DNA of 32,000 nucleotides from Candidatus Saccharimonadota bacterium (GTDB lineage Bacteria; Bacteroidota; Bacteroidia; Cytophagales; Amoebophilaceae): NCBI RefSeq assembly GCF_965196625.1, contig NZ_OZ239769.1, positions 990,001 to 1,022,000 of the forward strand, read 5' to 3'. Shown piece by piece: positions 27,291 to 32,000 of this stretch (position 1 is its first letter; each line of letters starts with the position of its first letter). The notes under the pieces were generated by a model. It saw only the letters and a program-made list of their open reading frames with translations, ran no database searches and was not told where the DNA came from. The position numbers and the translations under genes were made by a program.

Positions 27291-27469
27291 TGGCCGCCGA
27301 TAAAAAAAATTGGCGCTTCAGTAAGCTTGTAGTGTACTGACGAACTATTGTGCAGCGGGAAAAACAGAACTCGCCCGTGCAGCGGGCTCGAACAAGCTGT
27401 TTTTCTGATCCGCTGCACAATAGTTCATTTCATTCTTTTACTCCGTGCCAAATTTTTTATCGGTGGCCA
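27291..27469. mobile_element. Full-length palindromic MITE-like element (179 bp, ~75-bp inverted arms around a GC-rich centre)
   Basis: The left arm tggccgccgataaaaaaaattggcgcttcagtaagcttgtagtgtactgacgaactattgtgcagcgg pairs with the right arm ccgctgcacaatagttcat...ttactccgtgccaaattttttatcggtggcca. The centre contains the gcccg-tgcag-cgggc hairpin. Confidence 0.85.
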
Positions 27470-27582
27470 TGGGCGATGGAGTATACGAATGATCCATTTG
27501 CCTCTGTACTAGAATAGGTTTTCCTTAAGTTGACGCCATTGTGCGAACGCCCCAATGTGAGATAGATAGTGTACTACTGATT

Positions 27583-28710
27583 CTAAACAGATCCAAAAAT
27601 ATTTACTATTTGAATGGAGAGATGGGTATAAACCATTTTTGCATTGGCATTTCGTTCTAAGCAATAATAAGCCTGCATCAATTGTGCGATCAGCGCTTTT
27701 AGTTGGTCAATGGTAACACTAAGGCCAAATTTTTTGCTAAAGGTTTCCTCGGCGGCCAAATGTATTTGCAGAAACGGGTAATCCAACTTGCCCAATAAAG
27801 TAATCCTAATCAGCTGTAGTGCATACGTAAGGAAATTTTTTTGTGCATCAATAGATAGTTTGTAAAATGCCTCAGATTGCGCAACCAATTTAATCAAATC
27901 ACCACTATAACAACTACGCATCCAATGGCAAAAACGTTCAAAATTGTCCTGAACACCCTGCTCCAGCAATTCAAAAGCTTTAGACAAATTGCCTTCCGCT
28001 AAAAATGCGACCTCTTTATAACGATCCGGGTCTAAGTCTCTATATTTATTTCGTAAGAGCTGCTGAATAGCTATTTCTGAACAAGGAGGAATGGTATGCT
28101 GTTGACTCCGGGACCTAATAGTAGATAGTATGCGGTCCACATTGGAACCAACCAATAAAAAAACAGTAGCTACAGGTGGTTCCTCTAAGGTTTTCAATAG
28201 GGCATTAGCCGCTGTATGATGAAGATACTCTGGCAGCCATATGCAGACTATTTTATAAGGCCCAATAAAAGCTTTTAAACTAAGTTGTTGGATAATTTTA
28301 CTGGCATCTTTTCTGCTAATTTGGCACTGCTTGCCCTGATCATGCATAACGGCAGCCCAATCCTCTAGGGTCAAAAAAGGATTTTCCCTAAGACAGTTAC
28401 GGAATTTTTCTAAATAGGTTGTATCTGATTGGGCTTCCAAAGCAGCACTACTTGCTTTTTTAGGAAAAACGAGTTGCAGATCTGGATGGGTCAATTGCAC
28501 CATGCTAGCACAAGAAAAACAACTGCCACAAGCATCAGATTCCTGACGGGAACTACAATTTAAATAGGTAGCAAAAGCTAATGCTAAAGCAAGATTTGCA
28601 GAGCCAGGAGGCGCTATAAAAAGCTGAGCATGGGCAACCTTACCTGTAACAGCCATTCTTATTAAAGTGCTTTTAAAAGCATAGTGCTCAGGTATCTCTG
28701 CAAATTGCAT
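27583..28710 (-). CDS. holB: DNA polymerase III delta-prime subunit
   Basis: 375 aa. AHAQLFIAPPGSANLALALAFATYLNC followed by the CGSCFSC zinc module, then the box VII-like region (LLKTLEEPP) and SRC-type motif (TIRSRSQ). Confidence 0.88.
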   Translation of the reverse strand: MQFAEIPEHYAFKSTLIRMAVTGKVAHAQLFIAPPGSANLALALAFATYLNCSSRQESDACGSCFSCASMVQLTHPDLQLVFPKKASSAALEAQSDTTYLEKFRNCLRENPFLTLEDWAAVMHDQGKQCQISRKDASKIIQQLSLKAFIGPYKIVCIWLPEYLHHTAANALLKTLEEPPVATVFLLVGSNVDRILSTIRSRSQQHTIPPCSEIAIQQLLRNKYRDLDPDRYKEVAFLAEGNLSKAFELLEQGVQDNFERFCHWMRSCYSGDLIKLVAQSEAFYKLSIDAQKNFLTYALQLIRITLLGKLDYPFLQIHLAAEETFSKKFGLSVTIDQLKALIAQLMQAYYCLERNANAKMVYTHLSIQIVNIFGSV

Positions 28711-28743
28711 TTCAAAAAGAATTTATATGCTACTTTTTGCTTG

Positions 28744-28810
28744 ATAAAAAAGCAGTCAAAGGGATTTGGCGCTTTCAGTAAAACGGAAGTCTTTGAGCGA
28801 ACTGTTTTTA
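28744..28810. repeat. Degenerate fragment of the MITE arm
   Basis: ataaaaaagcagtcaaagggatttggcgctttcagtaaaacggaagtctttgagcgaactgttttt parallels gataaaaaaaattggcgcttcagtaagc...cgaactattg of the full element. Confidence 0.45.
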
Positions 28811-28813
28811 TGA

Positions 28814-29083
28814 TTACTGATCTACTTTAATAGCGGCGTTTTTCTTTTTATACTTTTGATTGAAACGCTCAATCCTACCTGCTGTATCTACAAAAATTTT
28901 CTTACCTGTATAAAAAGGATGGGAAACATAACTCACTTCCACTTTAAATAAAGGATATGTTTTTTTATCCTCCCACTCAATCGTTTCTGAAGTAGCTATT
29001 GTAGAGCGAGTCATAAACTTGGCACCACTAGAAGTATCCAAAAAAACAACTGGCCTATATTCCGGATGAATATCTTTTTTCAT
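28814..29083 (-). CDS. rpmE: 50S ribosomal protein L31, type B (no CxxC zinc motif)
   Basis: [28 protein letters not shown]...SHPFYTGK...[11 protein letters not shown]. The ORF-track start at 29125 is an upstream extension; the ATG at 29083 gives the canonical N-terminus. Confidence 0.92.
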   Translation of the reverse strand: MKKDIHPEYRPVVFLDTSSGAKFMTRSTIATSETIEWEDKKTYPLFKVEVSYVSHPFYTGKKIFVDTAGRIERFNQKYKKKNAAIKVDQ

Positions 29084-29214
29084 AAGTATATTAAATGATA
29101 TATTTTTTAAATAAAAGCATACCACTAATTTAAGAAAGTTTCTTAAAATTCTACCTATCTTTAATCAGAAAATAGGAGTTTACCTATTCTAGCCCCTCAT
29201 GCTGCATTATCCCT

Positions 29215-29952
29215 TTAGGAAATGGCTTCAGCCTCCTCGTCTTCCCACCATAAATTGGTCACATAATATTTAATCACACTATCTTCTCCATAATCACGTT
29301 GGGTTCTTATTTGTAACGTGTAATTAAAGGTATCTCCAGTCCAACGCAAATGAATTTTATTTCTGAAACTTCCATAATAGGCCTTTACAGCATGAATCTT
29401 ATTGCTTGAATCTCCAAATGTACTAAGTGCTATAGCGTGGGTCATAGCATATAAACCACGCCCTTTTTTACCAATTTTAGCGATTACTTCAAATGCATGG
29501 CACGCATTTAATGGAGGCGTAATATTATACCAATTGCCATCACCAGGGGCTGTACCAGCAGCATAAGCACCCCTACGCCCATGCATGCTGATATTACCAT
29601 TCACAGTTAATTTTTCTGATGGATTGGTTGTACCAATACCAATATATCCATTTGCTTGAACAAAAAGTTTGCTTTCCCCCTGCTTATCAACAAGATTAAA
29701 CCCAAAATCTGGCGTGTTTTTGGGATACTGCTCAATACTCCAAGTCGGCTTAAAATCATTTAAGTTATTAAAAAAAGTTATCAACTTAGAGGAGCTCCCT
29801 TTAGGAGACAAACTCAAGCCATGATCTTGAGAAATAATCTTATCATCTTGTTTATGAAACATTGAGTCTATCAAATCCTCAAAATCACGCTGGGTAGGGA
29901 TAGATCCTTTTTCAAAGCTTTTCTTTAGTGCCTCTCTACTAGTGATTGCCAT
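29215..29952 (-). CDS. Tail-fibre-like / baseplate-distal protein of a contractile injection system
   Basis: 245 aa. Its start overlaps the stop of the upstream baseplate gene by 14 nt (ATGGCAATCACTAG). The N-terminal IPTQRDFEDLIDS motif and the NGYIGIGTTNPSEKLTVNGNI motif are both typical of Bacteroidota phage/eCIS tail-fibre proteins. Confidence 0.5.
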   Translation of the reverse strand: MAITSREALKKSFEKGSIPTQRDFEDLIDSMFHKQDDKIISQDHGLSLSPKGSSSKLITFFNNLNDFKPTWSIEQYPKNTPDFGFNLVDKQGESKLFVQANGYIGIGTTNPSEKLTVNGNISMHGRRGAYAAGTAPGDGNWYNITPPLNACHAFEVIAKIGKKGRGLYAMTHAIALSTFGDSSNKIHAVKAYYGSFRNKIHLRWTGDTFNYTLQIRTQRDYGEDSVIKYYVTNLWWEDEEAEAIS

Positions 29953-32000
29953 GATCGGTTCTAATATATTTTTTGGTAATTAAACAATATTCTTCTAAAC
30001 TTGGTATGGGTGCGCCTTGATCTACACATGGTATAGGTTCTTGCTTAGGGCGCTCCCATGGACCTACTATAAAATCTTCAGAAATAGCCATATCGCCTAT
30101 GCTGCCATGACGCAATTTAACAGCAGCATCGAATTTATCCACCACAGATATTTTATGATTTTTTGAAGAAACCATAACCGACCATGGATAACCGGCAAAC
30201 AAATGACTATCATAAGTTGTTACCTTATCCAGCTTTAAATCTGGAGCGTTACCAGAATACTTCAATATAGAAAAATTTCCTATGCCTTCTATATAATAAC
30301 GGTTATTAATGAAGTCTATAATCTTAGAAGTAGGTATATTTCCACCTAACTGTACATCCACTGATGGGTTTAATACCCAAGGAGAAAAAAAGTTGTGTAA
30401 ATCCTGGTATAACAAATTTAAGAATAATCCTTTTTCATACCCGGGTTTAAACTTAACGGTAACGTTAACTTTAACATCTTCATAAATAGGATTTATGACC
30501 TCGCACTTTATAAACGGTGTACTAACACTTTGAATATAGGTTTTAATTTCAGTTAAAAGCTGTCTGCTCACAAAAGGGATACCCGAACTAGGATCTGCTT
30601 TAGCCATGACCACAATGGTTATATGACCAGGTTGTGCCATATTATTTGTGCTTTTTGAGGTATGGTTGATACACTTTACTTTGAAAACTTCTGGAAATTT
30701 TTCAAGAACGATTCGTTCATAATCCCACACTGATATGGCTCTATTTTTATGCCTCAAACGTTCACTAACCCGCCTATAGAAGGCTTGATGATTTTCAAAC
30801 TGCCTTCCACCAAAAGTGGGAAAAGGTTGTAGGACCCATTCAATACCCTCTATAGGGTTCTGAAGTTCTTGAATTGCTTTTTCAGGTAATACCGGAGCAG
30901 AAAATACACCATTTCTATCCATCACCCTGGATACAGCAACGGCTTGTGTATAGACTCCAACTATAGTGGCCAATGCACCTTTTTTATCCATAAACTGTGC
31001 CTTAATCCAAGTTAACCCTGGCGTCATACGGGTATTGTTTCTATTTACCTCACTGGGTAAACTAGATAAATCAAAAATGATAATGCCAGATTGAGATAAT
31101 CCATTGGTTCCATCTACAACAATCGCTTCCTCGAAGGGCAGCCAAATATTGTCAGACAAATAAAACCACTTGGGTTGCTGGGTTTCTTGATCCGAACTGT
31201 TTTCACCAATAGCTATATGCATAGAAAGATGGGTGCTATTTAGATCTTCTATGCCAAAAGCGATAAATGATTCTTTCTGTTCTATCAATGGCAATAATGT
31301 AGGCGGGGCAGTTAGCTTGCTTGGAAAGGTCTTTAAATAACCAAAAGAAGAAATATGAAAAAAGCTGTTTAAATATTTTTCTTCCTCTTCTCCAGGAGGA
31401 GAGGTGAGTACCATAGATTCCTCCGCCTCGTAATCAACAGTAATCGATTTGATGCGGGGGGTATAGGGTTCATTCAAGACCGTTATGGTTTCTCCTTTCT
31501 TTTTCTGGGCATTTTTAACGAGTATACTGCTCATCAGGCTGGGATAGATGGCATGACCAAAAGCTTGCTCTGGTGCACATAATTGTAATTTTAAAAAACC
31601 AGCTACTGTTTTGGGGCCATAGACGTTAACCTCTAATGGATGGTTTGTTTTAGTGACCCGTAATGCAGCTACGTCAATGTCGTTAATGGTTCTCAGGTAA
31701 TCTAACTGTTCACTACCTTTATTATTTTTTATAACCTGAAAAAGAGGCACAACTTGTCTATTTTGGACATAAGATGGATTCCAGTGCTGATGATTTAAGT
31801 AAGAAATGTTTACCTTAAAATCATCGTTGCTTACCTTAATAGGATAGGCATCATAATAAGACTTAAATCCTCCTTCTATGGTAGGAATGCTATCCCATTT
31901 AATATTTATTTTTAAATCCGTTAGATTTTTAGAGAAGATTTCTCCACTACCTATATAAAAGCTACTATCGAGTTTGGCTAATGGCCCAAAAAGCTCAAAA
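29939..32000 (-). CDS. Baseplate wedge protein (Baseplate_J / T4 gp6 / Afp11-12-like), N-terminus beyond the window
   Basis: The ORF track starts it at GTG 31750. However, I checked every in-frame triplet from 31751 to 32000 and found no stop and no start codon, so the gene continues off the right edge (at least 686 codons visible). The core motif FENHQAFYRRVSERLRHKNRAISVWDYERIVLEKFPEVFKVKC resembles the conserved gpJ/gp6-family block. Confidence 0.6.
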   Translation of the reverse strand, partial: FELFGPLAKLDSSFYIGSGEIFSKNLTDLKINIKWDSIPTIEGGFKSYYDAYPIKVSNDDFKVNISYLNHQHWNPSYVQNRQVVPLFQVIKNNKGSEQLDYLRTINDIDVAALRVTKTNHPLEVNVYGPKTVAGFLKLQLCAPEQAFGHAIYPSLMSSILVKNAQKKKGETITVLNEPYTPRIKSITVDYEAEESMVLTSPPGEEEEKYLNSFFHISSFGYLKTFPSKLTAPPTLLPLIEQKESFIAFGIEDLNSTHLSMHIAIGENSSDQETQQPKWFYLSDNIWLPFEEAIVVDGTNGLSQSGIIIFDLSSLPSEVNRNNTRMTPGLTWIKAQFMDKKGALATIVGVYTQAVAVSRVMDRNGVFSAPVLPEKAIQELQNPIEGIEWVLQPFPTFGGRQFENHQAFYRRVSERLRHKNRAISVWDYERIVLEKFPEVFKVKCINHTSKSTNNMAQPGHITIVVMAKADPSSGIPFVSRQLLTEIKTYIQSVSTPFIKCEVINPIYEDVKVNVTVKFKPGYEKGLFLNLLYQDLHNFFSPWVLNPSVDVQLGGNIPTSKIIDFINNRYYIEGIGNFSILKYSGNAPDLKLDKVTTYDSHLFAGYPWSVMVSSKNHKISVVDKFDAAVKLRHGSIGDMAISEDFIVGPWERPKQEPIPCVDQGAPIPSLEEYCLITKKYIRTDHGNH

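Overview
AT-rich window (roughly mid-30s % GC by eye). Conserved Bacteroidota-type housekeeping genes (ileS, accA, pheS, pgk, greA, ferredoxin, a DUF3276/PUR-like protein, ychF, holB, rpmE, an ECF transporter A+T pair, a MATE pump) are interleaved with accessory material typical of an obligate intracellular symbiont. That material comprises three ankyrin-repeat or eukaryote-like proteins with N-terminal signal/anchor segments plus a fourth, degenerately ANK-like paralogue (466 aa) whose N-terminal hydrophobic stretch is less clearly a signal, a truncated mreB pseudogene, a ~640-bp segmental direct repeat, and a family of palindromic MITE-like elements. One of the ANK proteins carries a canonical RING-H2 finger plus tandem PPxY motifs. 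The combination resembles the Amoebophilaceae (Candidatus Amoebophilus/Cardinium-like). This is inference from memory; no search was run. The most system-like signal is at the right edge. Two translationally coupled minus-strand genes (29215..32000) look like the distal end of a phage-tail-like contractile injection system operon: a baseplate wedge protein plus a fibre-like protein. The rest of that operon would lie beyond position 32000. Two real genes are absent or truncated in the supplied ORF track because they run off the window edges: the MATE pump at 1..1257 (-) and the baseplate gene, whose frame is open from 31750 up to 32000. All product calls rest on motif recognition in the translations, not on database searches.
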